Assembly: GCA_024679065.1 (NCBI GenBank)
Contig: JAGIQG010000003.1
Location: forward strand, 21,948,001 to 22,012,000
Reading direction: 5' to 3'
Source: Sphyrna mokarran
Lineage: Eukaryota
Length of the DNA stretch: 64,000 nucleotides
Shown: piece by piece, positions 50,365 to 61,953 of the stretch
Numbering within the stretch: position 1 is the first letter of the stretch
How the letters are laid out: each line of letters starts with the position of its first letter
The notes under the pieces: generated by a model
What the model was told of the DNA's origin: nothing
Databases searched by the model: none
Seen by the model: the letters and a program-made list of their open reading frames with translations, nothing else
Program-made: the position numbers and the translations under genes

Positions 50365-53300
50365 GTAAGCTTTAGATTGAGGGCAACCCGCGTGTCTGGA
50401 TGGATTCGCTTCCGAGCTCACCCGAGAGCAGGTCCAGAGATTGATCTGGGAATCTGCTCCCCGGGGCCGTCTGACCAGGTCAGGGCAGCAAATCCCTCTC
50501 TTCCCGACAGGAGTTACTGCCCCCACCTCCCTTCCCCCCCCCCCTTCTTTCCCGAGGTCCCACCCTCTCCTCCTGCACAACTTGCTGGCCTTGACCGCGC
50601 TGCTTTGCACAGGACAAATAAACTAAGCCGGAGTGTTAGAGAGAGGCCGGCAGACACATCAGCCACCACCCCCCTCCCCCAAATCTTATTCCAAATCCAT
50701 CCAGCTCCCCCTCCTCCTCCTCCTCGGTAACAGGAATCAAGGGGGAGGTGGAGGAAGGAAAGATCCGCCGAGAGAACAGTGCCGGGGGCCGTTTGCAGTT
50801 GGATTGGAGCATTGTTTTCCTCCCCCCCGCAGGAGAGGACAGGATTTGGGTGCTGGCCCCTTCTCAGTGAATTCTAGCTGAGGGTGTGAAAGGTAAGGAC
50901 TGGCTCCCACTCAATCCCCCAGTGAAGAGAGCATCTCTCTCTCTCTCTTTCCCACTTCTCGCTCTTTTTAAATCGCTTTCGCCAGTCTCCTCTCTCTCTC
51001 TCTCCCCCCCCCCCCCCCCCCCATTCCCACAAACAGGTAGGTTTCTGGAACACTCTCGCACTTTTAACATTGATCTATCAGGCGATGATGAAGTCGGTGG
51101 AAGTTTCTCTCTTATTTCAGACTTCTCTTCTCCCTCCCTTTTTTTTCCCTCACTTTGTAAAACTAATCCTCCCCAGGCCACCCTGTCGGCGAGGAAGCCT
51201 TGGTGGGAGGAGGGGGGGGGATTGCTGGGGGTCCCGATCCGGTAACTAGAGCCCAGGGAGATAAGTGAGGAAGCGGACAGCGATTGTTGCTGGCACTGGG
51301 GGCCCCTCTGGAATCAATGTGAACACCGCCAGTTGTAGCAAGAGAGGCGATTGCCGCGGTTCCTCACCCAGTTACCGCTGCTGTTTTGGACTTGCTTCCT
51401 TGTCCTCTTGACTGTGCTGAACACGGGGCAGCGTCTGTGTGGAATTCAAATAAGGATTCGGCACTTCCTAAAGTGGAGGCCAGTCCGCGATAAGGGAGGA
51501 GGAGGAGGGGGGGGGGTGGCGCACACTTTAATTCTCCACTATTTGCTGGGTCGCCCTCAATGTTCGGGTTTGAACAGCACCTGCAAACACTCTAGGTCGG
51601 ATTGCTTCTCTTGCTCACGGCTGGGAGGAAGTAAATAAGAGATTTCAAAGCCTCTGCTATTTGGCCCTTGCGACGTTTCCATGAGTTTCGGCTCCCCGTC
51701 CTGGTCCTTATTGCATATTGAATCAAATCCCTGTCCCTGTTAATTAGATTCCATTATTAACACAATTGGAAGTTTGGGGGGTGGGAAGGGATGTCTGTTC
51801 CCACCTTTGCGATTCTATTAAGATGCACTCAGTGATTGTAGAGGTAAATTCTCCAACAGCCCACATCAGTCCAGCTGCTGACCCTCAGCATTTAGTGTGG
51901 GCTCAGCGAATTCAAAGTTCCACAATATTAATGGAAAGCCTTGCTTCATATGGATAACACAACAATGTTTAAAATAAAACCATAATAACTTTTTATGATA
52001 CTCCATATCTATAACACACAACATTTTGTAGATGTTTAAATATAAAATATTTGGAGGGGGGAGAAAAAACTTGTCTCATACTGTTAATTCAATGATCAGT
52101 TCCCTCATTGTATTCGAGAAAGGTAAGGTCATGCGGAGTGATTCAGGATGGTTGTTACAGGCCGCGATTACTTCACACCGAAACTGGTTATTAATGGGCA
52201 GTTTCTAGCCTCCTGAAGCCAGGCCCCCTTTTATTAATTGCCTTGAGATGTAAAGTAAGTGGCGAAGTTTAGTCAAGAGGGGACCGTCCTCTTCCTTTAT
52301 GATAAGTACAACCGCACCTTCCAATACAGTAGTGCGTCCCTGAAAGTTATTGCAAGTTAATGACCTAGATCAGCTCCTGTAGAGGTTCTCTGATTTGCAT
52401 GTTACAATGCCTAGAGGTTAGGCAAACAGGGAAAAGCCGCAATAGTTTACTAGATGAAACCAGTTGCTCTAAAGAAATGCAAATGCACTCTATGAAAATA
52501 ATATTTTTGAGGTGGGGTGTTGTTTTAAGTTGAATAGCTGTCTCTGATAGCATTGTTTAATCATTGATGGGCCCAGAGTTACTCGTGTTCTTTCTGCTCC
52601 CAGTTTTAGCCCATTGCTCCTTTACACTTCTCGTTGGTTCTTAGTATTTGAAGATGTATTTTGCCGCTAACAGTTTTTGTCTAATTACTCGCAAAATACT
52701 TGAGCGTTTGACAATCTACTGATTCTTAACAACTTTTTCTTCTCCCTGTTCTTATATCAATGCGTTTATTTGAAATAAAAATCGATTTAAACTTGCCGAG
52801 CACAGCTGGCATCACATTCTGATCTTCCCAAGTTATTTTTCAATGCGTGGCTGCTTTCAGTTGAAATGATAAGGAGTCATTTTCACAGTTCAAACAAACA
52901 GCGTTCAATATTTGCAGTTACCACTTTTTAATATTTACAGTACTTCAGGCCTGATCCACAGATTAAACTGTGAAAGTTGCATGGGTTTTAAAGGTTGCTT
53001 ATTATAAAGTGATTTAGTTCAATAGCTCAGTCTTTCAAATGCACATTGGAGTAATTGTGAATATGAAACTACTTTGCTTTCACTGTAAATCCCAAACAGA
53101 TTGACACAACTGTTTACACATACGAGTCTATAATTTATCATACACCATAGATATATGATGTATAATTATGTAAATAAATTTCTATCTGCATGTGTGTATC
53201 CTCACCTACTATGTATAATAATGTAACGTGAATATTACACAAATTATTTGGATGTCTTTCATTGGTGGCTATATCAACCTTTGTTTTCTCCTTCAAAATG

Positions 53301-54031
53301 TTCATATTAGGCAAAAATTTTCTAAGACTTTATCTTTTTGTATTTTATTATTAGTTTGTCTCTCTGGAAATTTCTGTCTCCCTAAAACAATCTAGGAACA
53401 GTTTGTTCAAAATTTCTTAAAACCTTTCTAACGATGATGGATAATATGGTAAACACCATAATAATTATAATAAAAATGTTGTTACAGACCCATTATTGTC
53501 ATGTGCGATGAGTGCAGTAATATTTAAAGATTCATAAATGTTTACTTTCCAGTGGGTGTTTGGATAACAAACATCAGTTCCTATGAAGATAGTGCTGGAG
53601 TTAATCTTTTGAGGGAATCATTTGAAAATCCACAGCAACTAAATCAGAGTTATGAACTATGCACATGCAGATTAAATTTTTTGCGTCATAGATGTTGACT
53701 TCATGAGGGCAGTGAAAGGGAGGAGGGTCATGACCCCAAAAATAAAAGTCAGAGTTATATTCCACTCTGAGGGATTGAGGTGATATATGACTCTTTCTCC
53801 CCTCCCCTCTAATCATTAGGAAACGTCTACAAAATGTTAGTATGCCTTCAATTCAAGAGAATAAATATATGAACTGTGTCAAGACCAAATTTCACAGCTA
53901 TATGTATATATTTAAATATACATATATGCTGGAGCCATTTTTATTGCAGCTATGTGGGAGGTACATAGTTTATTTCTGGTTTCCTTTGTGACTCTGTCTA
54001 TATTGATTTTATCTGAACATTTTTCTTCCAG

Positions 54032-54163
54032 GTCTTGGATGAGTTAGGCAATGTAAAGTTCTGCATCGATGCCAGTCAGCCTGATATAGGGAGCTGGCTG
54101 AAATACATCAGGTTTGGACGGAGTTATGAACACAACCTAGTCTCATGCCAGATAAATGATCAG
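54032..54163 (+). CDS. MECOM: MECOM (MDS1-EVI1/PRDM3) internal exon encoding part of the PR/SET domain; equivalent to MECOM exon 3 / EVI1 exon 2 (5'UTR in the short EVI1 isoform)
   Basis: Acceptor ttttcttccag| ends at 54031 and donor CAG|gtatgt starts at 54164; phase 0/0, 44 codons: VLDELGNVKFCIDASQPDIGSWLKYIRFGRSYEHNLVSCQINDQ. This closely matches the recalled human MECOM exon ILDEFYNVKFCIDASQPDVGSWLKYIRFAGCYDQHNLVACQINDQ. It is missing from the ORF track because it is short and has no start codon. Confidence 0.95.
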
Positions 54164-55039
54164 GTATGTTGAAAATACTTGTTTGACTTTATCACTCAGG
54201 GTTTCAAAGGCCTGAGACTATTGCAAAGCTTTGAGGAGAATACAGGATTAGTAGTTGATAGCAAAGCTACTGTTAGGCCCACATGCCCTGTTTGCTCTTG
54301 TGTTAAGTGGCATAAGGAAGATGTTAAACACAGATTACATGGAAATTTTTTCATGCAGATTGGCAATGTTTTGTTGTTGTTGTTCAACACTGTCATCTGT
54401 TATCCCCTTTACTGTTTTGAGATTAATGTGCAAGAAATCGTAAATCCTTGAAACCACCACCCCTCTACAGGAGTTGTTCAGCTCAAGCCCAATGCAAATC
54501 GTCAGTGGAAGGAAACAATAGACATTAGCAAAACACTTATCGGTAATAGCCAGAGCCAAGTTGCAAAGGCTGAGGTTTCAAAGGGAGAAAAACAATTGAA
54601 AATGAAACACCAAGAGTATTGCAAGTAATTTAAAATATATATATATAGTATACATTAGCAAACAATGGTATAGGGCTAAAGCCCACTTGAAAGCCACAGC
54701 CCACATTACGAGATACTCCAAAAGCTGAATTGAGTAAAAAAATAGCAAAAGTCAGGACAAAGTGATTAGCTGAGGTTATATTTTGTTTTTTCAAAACTTA
54801 AGGAGTGCATTTTTCTGTGTTTTATATTCTAACCAGTTAATTAGGATGCACAAATATAGTTACTTTAATATTACAAATACAATTTTATGTTTTTATGTAT
54901 GGAAAATAAAATGTATGTAGATTATATTTGAATGAATCCTATTGATATGAATTATCCTTCTCATCCTAATTATAAAGAAGACCCAAAAACTCTCGTTTTT
55001 ATATTTAAAACTGTTGGTAAAAGTTTGGTGGTATCGATG

Positions 55040-55475
55040 GATAGCATAGTGGTTATATTGATGGCCATGATGTGGAGATACTAGTGTTGGAGTGGGGTAA
55101 ACACAGTAAGAAGTCAGTACTTACTGTGTTATGTTGGTATACAGAGGCCTGGACTAATGATCAAGAAATGAGTTAAAATCCCACCAGGTATCGGGGATTT
55201 TAAATTCATGAAATAAAAGTGAGTCTCAATAATGGTGATCTTGACATTAGTGGATTGTTGTAAAAATCTTTCTGGTTCCCTAGTGTTCTTTAGGGAAGAA
55301 AAGATACCGCCCTTCCTGGAGTGGCTAAAATATGAATATAGAGCACTGTAACTGCCTCTGAAGTGGTCTTGCAAGCCATTCAGTTACAGCTCACCACCAT
55401 GCTCACAAAGGCAATTAGAAACTGATCATAAATGCTGAGTTTATCAATGGTACGCACGTCACATGAATACATTTT
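55040..55475 (+). mobile_element. Shark SINE ('tttagggaag' family) with a tiny Penelope-like insert near its 5' end
   Basis: Contains 'gcatagtggttatattg...cagaggcctggactaatgatc...gagttaaaatcccacc...tttagggaagaaaa'. Confidence 0.75.
55068..55130. mobile_element. Collapsed Penelope-like element (termini only)
   Basis: Matches the left end of 23970, then aacacagtaag-9nt-cttactgtgtt. Confidence 0.65.
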
Positions 55476-55519
55476 TGGACAAAGTACCATCATGAAGTTC
55501 ATATTGAATAGCATCCTGA

Positions 55520-56500
55520 ATGAAGGCATCTCTTCATTCAAGCTGTTACTGCAGTAAGATTGTATGCACCTTACAGGCTAAAGGAGTTGGCTTTTAAACT
55601 TGAGCAATCCAATGTAGATTTAGCAGGAATAGGGGTGATGGGTGAGTCAGACTCGGTGCAGGGCAGCAGTTTTTCAAGGGAGCTGAAGTGTACAAAATGT
55701 ACTGACTAGAAAAGCCAATACTTGAGTTTGAAAAATCAAAGACATGGATGAGAATCTCAGTGACAGCTTGCTCTTGGTAGGAGTAGAATTGGAGGGGTGA
55801 TTACAGTAGAGGGAGTGGGCAAACATTTTGATGAACAGAAGGTACTCCTGAGGGTGAAATAGAAACTGAGGTGGTGAACAATCTCGTTCAGCCTGAGAGG
55901 GAGGCTAGAAAGGGAGTCAGAGCTGGAAACCATATTTAGAGTGACATGTCAAAGATAGTATTAAGCCAGATGAAATTGTGGCTTATCCAAGACTGAATGT
56001 TGGTCAAGTAATCTTGTTGCAGAAAGGCACAGATCAAGAGAGGGGGTGAAGAAGTGGAACTGTGTGTTATCATTTCCAGTCATTGGACCAGGATCAGGTA
56101 GGAAGAGAAGTCATTGGTAGAGATAGTCTGGCTGTATGTGGAGAAATAAGACAGGGAGTAAGGCAAGTCCCACCCAACTAGAGTAATATCTTTGACCACA
56201 AGAAATGTGTTTTGTGGATTTGCTTTAGACCGTTTTGCTGCTGTGGCAGGAGATGGTCAATACCTATTTGGAAAGACACAAACAATGAATAAGATGGACA
56301 TGGATTTGGGAGATATCAACATAGTCAAAGAACTTGTAGAAGAAAGAAAGGTTGTAGATTATTGCTCTGAGGGTTTGTATTTTGAGCAAAGGGAGGAAGA
56401 AAGGTCCTTAGGAAGTGAGTTCCATATAGTTCAGTGGAAATGGGTCTCGAGGGCAGGAGATCGGATCCATGGAACAGATGAGCTTAGAATAATAGAGTAG
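55520..56500 (-). mobile_element. Very decayed L2-like LINE fragment
   Basis: Purine-rich + strand with L2-like motifs ('acaaagacatggatgagaatctcag', 'atagtcaaagaacttgtagaagaaagaaagg'). Confidence 0.45.
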
Positions 56501-58445
56501 ATAAACATTTTCCAAGAAGATGTAAATAATGCCTGTAATTGTAGGAATATAGCCAGGATGATGAAACACATTCTTTTAATAAATGATAGTGAAATATCCA
56601 AGTACACCAGCCATTTTGGGGAAAAAAGTATATATAACTTAATTCAGTGACCATGATTCTATTCTGAAAATTTAGTGAGGGGCTTGAGCATATCCAGGAA
56701 GAATAATTAGATTGGTAAACTAGATTCCTTTACATTTCTCTGCACTGAGTGGGAATTGCATTGAAAACTATGTTAATAAATGATTAAATATACATTTTTT
56801 TTCATTTATCCAAGCCATTTTAAAAACTAATTTTTCTTTCAATGCATTTCCCACCCTTGAGAGATCTGTTTGTTTTTATTCTGATTAGTTCTCTTTTTAA
56901 ACTGTTGATTCTATTTTATTGCCCTAATGTAATTACTGATGGCTGTGCTGGTAAATCAGCCTAAGTACATAGCAATGGTTGACCTGATGGATGGATGAAT
57001 GGATGAAACTGACTTGAAATTGATCACTGAAGAAAGGGGCAGGATCTGGGTGTATGTATTAATATTGACAGCAGCTCAGCTCAAGAGTTCCTAATGGCTT
57101 GCTGTGGAATTTCCAGCTAATAAGGGTATTAACCTATTTGTATCATTAGATATTTCTCGTATCTCAGTTTTGCTAAATGGTAGAATATGATTGCCAAGCT
57201 CTATATATATAAATTACTTGAGATAAAATTGTATCATATGATACACACTTATATTGGTTAACAGCTATGTTAAAACAGTGAACAAAGGAAATTCATTCAA
57301 GCATTTTTATGTTAATATTGCACAGTATGACTGCATCCCTTTTAAAGAGAGACTCTCGTCAGAACTTATTAAACACCGAATTTTGCAATGATTCCAATTA
57401 ATTCTGACTTTATTCTCAACAGTGTGTACAAAACAGAAGCTTTAAAATTATCATGTAGTGAATAAGAGTACAAGAATTATTAATTTATTTGCATCTCATT
57501 CTACTGGTCCATATTTTAATGGCGATTTAACCTGTTAATATCAAGTGTATTTATGCATCTATTAAAACGCCAGACAAAGGAATTTCATATGAACTGCTTA
57601 AGCATTCTTGTGCTAATATTTGCACACTATAATTTCAAGGCCAGAAATCTCGCAAACATGTACAGACACACAACACACTGGTCTGGAGTTTGCTGGGTTG
57701 GGGATGTTTCTTCCAGCACAAACTGCCCCAAATCAGTCAAACCAGTGAAAAACTTTAAGCACAAGTTATGTTCAGTGCAAATTGAATTTTCATAGTCTTT
57801 TACCCTAGCTTGAAAAACATTCCACTGGAAATGGAAGCAGCCTCAAAATTGGCCACCGTTTCAAATCAAATCCTAAGCACCATGGCGAATTTCCACTAAT
57901 TGTGTGCGCTTACGAGTCTTTGAGAAGGCTGCAAAAAATTAACTTTTCTTAAAAAAAACACGAACAATAATAGGAATATTTTTAAAGGCTTCAAAATCTA
58001 TTTCTGTATCTTAACTGGATATATTTTTAATTTACCAAGAAACTGAGTCTTGTACATCAATACAAGCAGCAAATGGTTCTATGCAATTTTTAAAGTCATG
58101 CTGAGTTATTTCTCATCAAGTTATTCAAAGATTAAAATTGCTTATCTTTTTGGGATAAATCAATTCTCAGCCCTACTAATCAAACTTTCAGATTTTACCA
58201 CTCTTAGACACATCAACACATGTTTCTAAAGCAAAAAGAAAGTAACATGCTGAAACGTACACTGGTTCATAGTTGGTTGACATTTGGTGATATGCAAATG
58301 AGTTTCAGTAGGAAAAGTGGTGGGATGGATGGGGAAGCACGGCTCCAGAACAGCACGATATGCGAAGCAATTTGTATCCAGATTGTTGATTGGGCCCAAA
58401 GCAGAAACTATCTCATATACATATTAAAAAATCAAATCAAATAGT

Positions 58446-58560
58446 GGATTTATTTAATTATTGTCACATGTATTAACATACAGTGAGAAGTGTTGTTTCT
58501 TGTTCACTATACAGACAAAACATACCATTCATAGAGAAGGAAATGAGAGTGCAGAATGTA
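58446..58560 (-). mobile_element. Rex1/Babar 3'UTR fragment
   Basis: Homologous to 33649 and 37841. Confidence 0.8.
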
Positions 58561-59759
58561 AAAGAGTTAGAATGAAGTTTTAGAAGCATAGCATTAGAAG
58601 GTGTGCTGGGCACAGCTTGCAAGAAATCACCTTGTTCCAGCACCACCTTTGTCAACCTGAAGCATATTGTAGAAGTCACCAATGAATACAAGCCTTTTTT
58701 AAATTGGTTCCAATTCACCAAGGTTTATGCTGTAATTCATAAAAAAAATAGTCTAGTGGCATCTTCCTCATCTATTACATGAACAGGCTGATGAGTACGT
58801 TAAAACAGTGGACAGATGAACCTCATAGAGTTGTCTGTGAATAAAGTCTATAATAGGCTCGGCTGTCTTAAAAGTTCTTGGAAGAGATTAATTAAATGTC
58901 TGCAATTTAGATGATTTTTTTACCAATTTTGCAGCAATAGTAATATTTTAAATGTTATTTCTTAGATCGATCTTTCAGAGAAAAGTATTCTTTTTTTTTC
59001 TTCTCATTACTTTTAAAAATGAAAGATCCTTTCACAGGGAATTATTTTTGATTATTTATCAACAGTTCTTTAAATGATGTCTGAGTAATTCTATACAGTC
59101 ATAACCACAAATCTAACACTGAATTTGGCCATTTACATAGCAGACATTTTCACATTGTTTACACTGTTATCTAGATTTTAGGGTGGGATGGGAAATGGAT
59201 CAAAAATTAGCTCATTTACACCTCTCTGATGCTCTGCTAATGAAATGCATCACCAAATAATTGTTAACAGACTTTTAGGAATAATATCACGATGAGCAGG
59301 GCAGAGCACTGTCCAGGGCACTACAACTGGTAAAAGAAAAAGATGAATTAGCCAGATTGGAAGGTACTTGCAAGTTTATTATCACCAATATAGACACAGA
59401 GTTTATCAGATGACTTGCTTGGAAAATGAATGATCATGGGTCATATTTATTAATGATTTGGATGATGGAATGAAATATTATTTCATTGGCTGCAGCAATG
59501 GGAATAGGGGGTCAGACTTCAACAGATTCAGCTGCTTCCATTTGCCAAGCTGCCTTAGGGTTGTTGTTACTTTGCCCAACTGCCTCTCTGAGATCAAAAT
59601 GTGAGCAAGTCAAAATTTCTTACATCTTCAAAGTTAACAAACTGAAGCTTTCCTGTTTGGCTCTTGTCAGAATGTGTCTGAAAACATCAATTTCTCTGGC
59701 TACTTGCTTAGGCTGAACCTTGTGGTGCATAACCCTAGTGATTTACTCAGTCTGAACTA

Positions 59760-60365
59760 AGATTTCCACCCCACAACCCTGATCTGTTGCCAGGATTCTC
59801 TCCCAGTGTTTCTGGAGATTTGCTGCTACTGCCTTTCCCTCTTCCTTCAGTGCTAAAACTCTCATTATCCTACGGTTGAATTCTCAAATGTTCTCCTCAC
59901 TGCTTGCACCATTCAGCTAATTTGGAACTCAGTAGCTTGATCCTTCCTCCACACAATCAGGAACACTCAGTGCCTATTCAACCCCAAGTCTAATGGCTCC
60001 CTAAGCCTCAGACAATCAAATGCTAAAACTTTGGTCCCCAGTTTCAAATCCTCGCAGAGACTCCATGTGTTGCTTTATGGAAATACTCTGACGTCCCACT
60101 TTCTTTTGTGTCTGGAGTGCAACTTGTTTCTGGCTGTCCACACTCAATAATCAAAAGCTGATCGCACAGCCGTCACCATTTGAAATTCTCCTCTTAAATC
60201 TTTCACTTTTTTTTACATCTTTGCAGAAGATCGGAAACCCCATTTCAACCATGCCTCCAATTTTCCCCTCTTGCCAAATTCCTTCACTTCCCATCCAGTG
60301 TCCAAGTCTCTCCTTTTTAAAATATTCTGCATTCTTTTGCATGAGAAATGCTTTGTAAATGAAAT
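59760..60365 (+). mobile_element. Decayed L2-like 3' fragment
   Basis: Contains 'gctaaaactctcatt...gttgaattctcaaatgttctcctc...gtttcaaatccctc...gagaaatgctttgtaaatgaaa'. Confidence 0.45.
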
Positions 60366-61254
60366 TGCTGCTGTTAATCATCAAGGCACTGGGAGAAAAT
60401 AGGCAGAGTAGGAATAATTCCCATGTTAATGTGGGCAATAACATTGTGATATGAAGCATTATTGATGTGATACTGGAACCTTCTGATTAAATGTTGAGAA
60501 TTTATTAAACACAGGTCTAAAGTAACTAACAAATCCCAAACCCCAGACTTGTCCTAAGGCAGCATTGGTGTTATTTTCCTTTGCTTCCCAAACTTTTGAG
60601 TTATGGTACTCTGTCTAACCCCCATGTGATACATAGGTTGGCTGTCACCTCAGCATTAGAACAATTATGTAAGTAAAAGTACCATCAGGGAATGATTCAG
60701 CTGGGAGACTCTCCCCACATTGTTTTGAATAACAAGGGACAATATGTATGCCTGGAGGACAATCTTAATTTTGCATTGGCGTCAGACTTCATGGGGATGT
60801 TAGGAGGATGTCACATTCCTAGACAGCTCTATCAAGTTGCTACGTGAGTTGTATTACACAAAATAAGCTTTGTCACACCAGAACCAGATAACATCATTGG
60901 AGATAACATCCTTGGTGGTTAGAAGGCTGATCCACGAAGCACACCTTTGTGTCATTAACACCTATCAAAACCCATTGTATTAATATAAAAGATCTTATTT
61001 GAGCATTTGTATCTAGGTATCAGGCAAACTAATGTTAGATTGTATAACGAGTATAGAATCCATTTTGATGGTTGTAATGTTATTAGCAACGGATTTATTT
61101 GATAATTGTCCAGTTTTGTGTACAACTACTCGAGGAATAATCTTCAATGATTCCCTCAAAGCCATCAAGCCTACGCTGGTTACAGATGGTTTTCTCTGAC
61201 ATCATATATTTTATGTTGGTGTTGCTTTATTGACTCAGTGATGTAAGCACAACC

Positions 61255-61715
61255 ACAATGTGTAGAATCATAATTTTACCACATAATAGCTGTTAAGCCC
61301 ACTATACTTGTGCTAACAGTTTGAAAGAACTAGTCGCTTAGTGTTATTCACTTACCCTTTCCCTGTGCCTTTTTAACTTTTTTCAAATATTTATTTATGG
61401 TATTTCCTTTTTTAAAAGCTGCTTTTTGTTTCTGTGCCTATGTTCCGATAACTCACTACATAATATAAAACAAATCTAACCACCCTCTTCAATCCTTCAG
61501 TGGTGATCTTAAATTTATACCCAGAAATAATTTTACTTAATTCACATTAACAAAAGTTGTTACAATTTTGAATACTTCTCTTCAACCTTCTCCTAATCAG
61601 AGCTAACTTGCAAGAAGCCTCAATTTGTCAATTTACTCTTGTGATTGCTGAATTCCTTCTGCACCCACTTCCTGGTTGTGATATCAACATTTAAAGTAAA
61701 TTGCCCAGCACGTAT
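61255..61715 (-). mobile_element. Decayed CR1 3' fragment
   Basis: Contains 'agaatcataattttaccaca...ttcacattaacaaaagttgttacaattttgaatacttc'. Confidence 0.5.
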
Positions 61716-61717
61716 TT

Positions 61718-61835
61718 CAAAAGAAATATAGCTGATGCTGGAAATCAGAAATAACCATAGAAAATGCTGGGAATAGAGGTCTGGTTACATCAGTGAAGAG
61801 AGAAACAGAGCTAGGTTCTAAGCTTTCATTAGAAC
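61718..61835 (-). mobile_element. Penelope-like terminal fragment
   Basis: 'gatgctggaaatcagaaataaccatagaaaatgctggg...gagagaaacagagcta', the reverse of 25008-25116. Confidence 0.6.
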
Positions 61836-61842
61836 CTATTTA

Positions 61843-61953
61843 GTTGGGATTTTCCAGTTGCATGTATCCAAAGACTGGAAATTCCTGGCCTTCAAAAGGT
61901 CCAGTGAACTTTCTGTTCTACCCACTGCAAGGCAGGACTGGAAATTTTCAGCC
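61843..61953. mobile_element. MITE-like element
   Basis: Inverted ends gttgggattttccagt ... actggaaattttcagcc. Confidence 0.6.

Larger units (their letters stand above)
50130..51700 (+). promoter_or_regulatory. MECOM: Internal EVI1 promoter / CpG-island-like region with alternative non-coding first exons
   Basis: GC- and CpG-rich, with GA/CT repeats, G/C tracts, GATA motifs and several splice-donor-like sites (50365, 50727, 50893, 51037). It lies 2.5-4 kb upstream of the EVI1 exon 2 equivalent, as in mammals. Confidence 0.75.
1..54031 (+). other. MECOM: 3' part of the large MDS1-EVI1 intron (MECOM intron 2), containing the internal EVI1 promoter
   Basis: No upstream MECOM coding exon is recognisable. 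The known MECOM structure has a very long intron before this exon. Confidence 0.75.

Noticed and set aside
50150-51638. Cluster of 60-130 aa Pro/Gly-rich ORFs
   Set aside because: By-product of GC-rich, low-complexity promoter sequence; no recognisable protein.
54032-54163. PRDM16 as the alternative identity of the exon
   Set aside because: NVKFCIDASQPD.GSWLKYIRF and HNLV.CQINDQ match recalled MECOM more closely, and the upstream internal promoter with a RARE fits EVI1.
58180-58985. Acceptor-like sites (ttcag|att at ~58191, cttag|atc at ~58965) as the next MECOM exon
   Set aside because: The translations (ILPL.., IDLSE..) do not match the expected IFYRVV; the exon is probably beyond the window.
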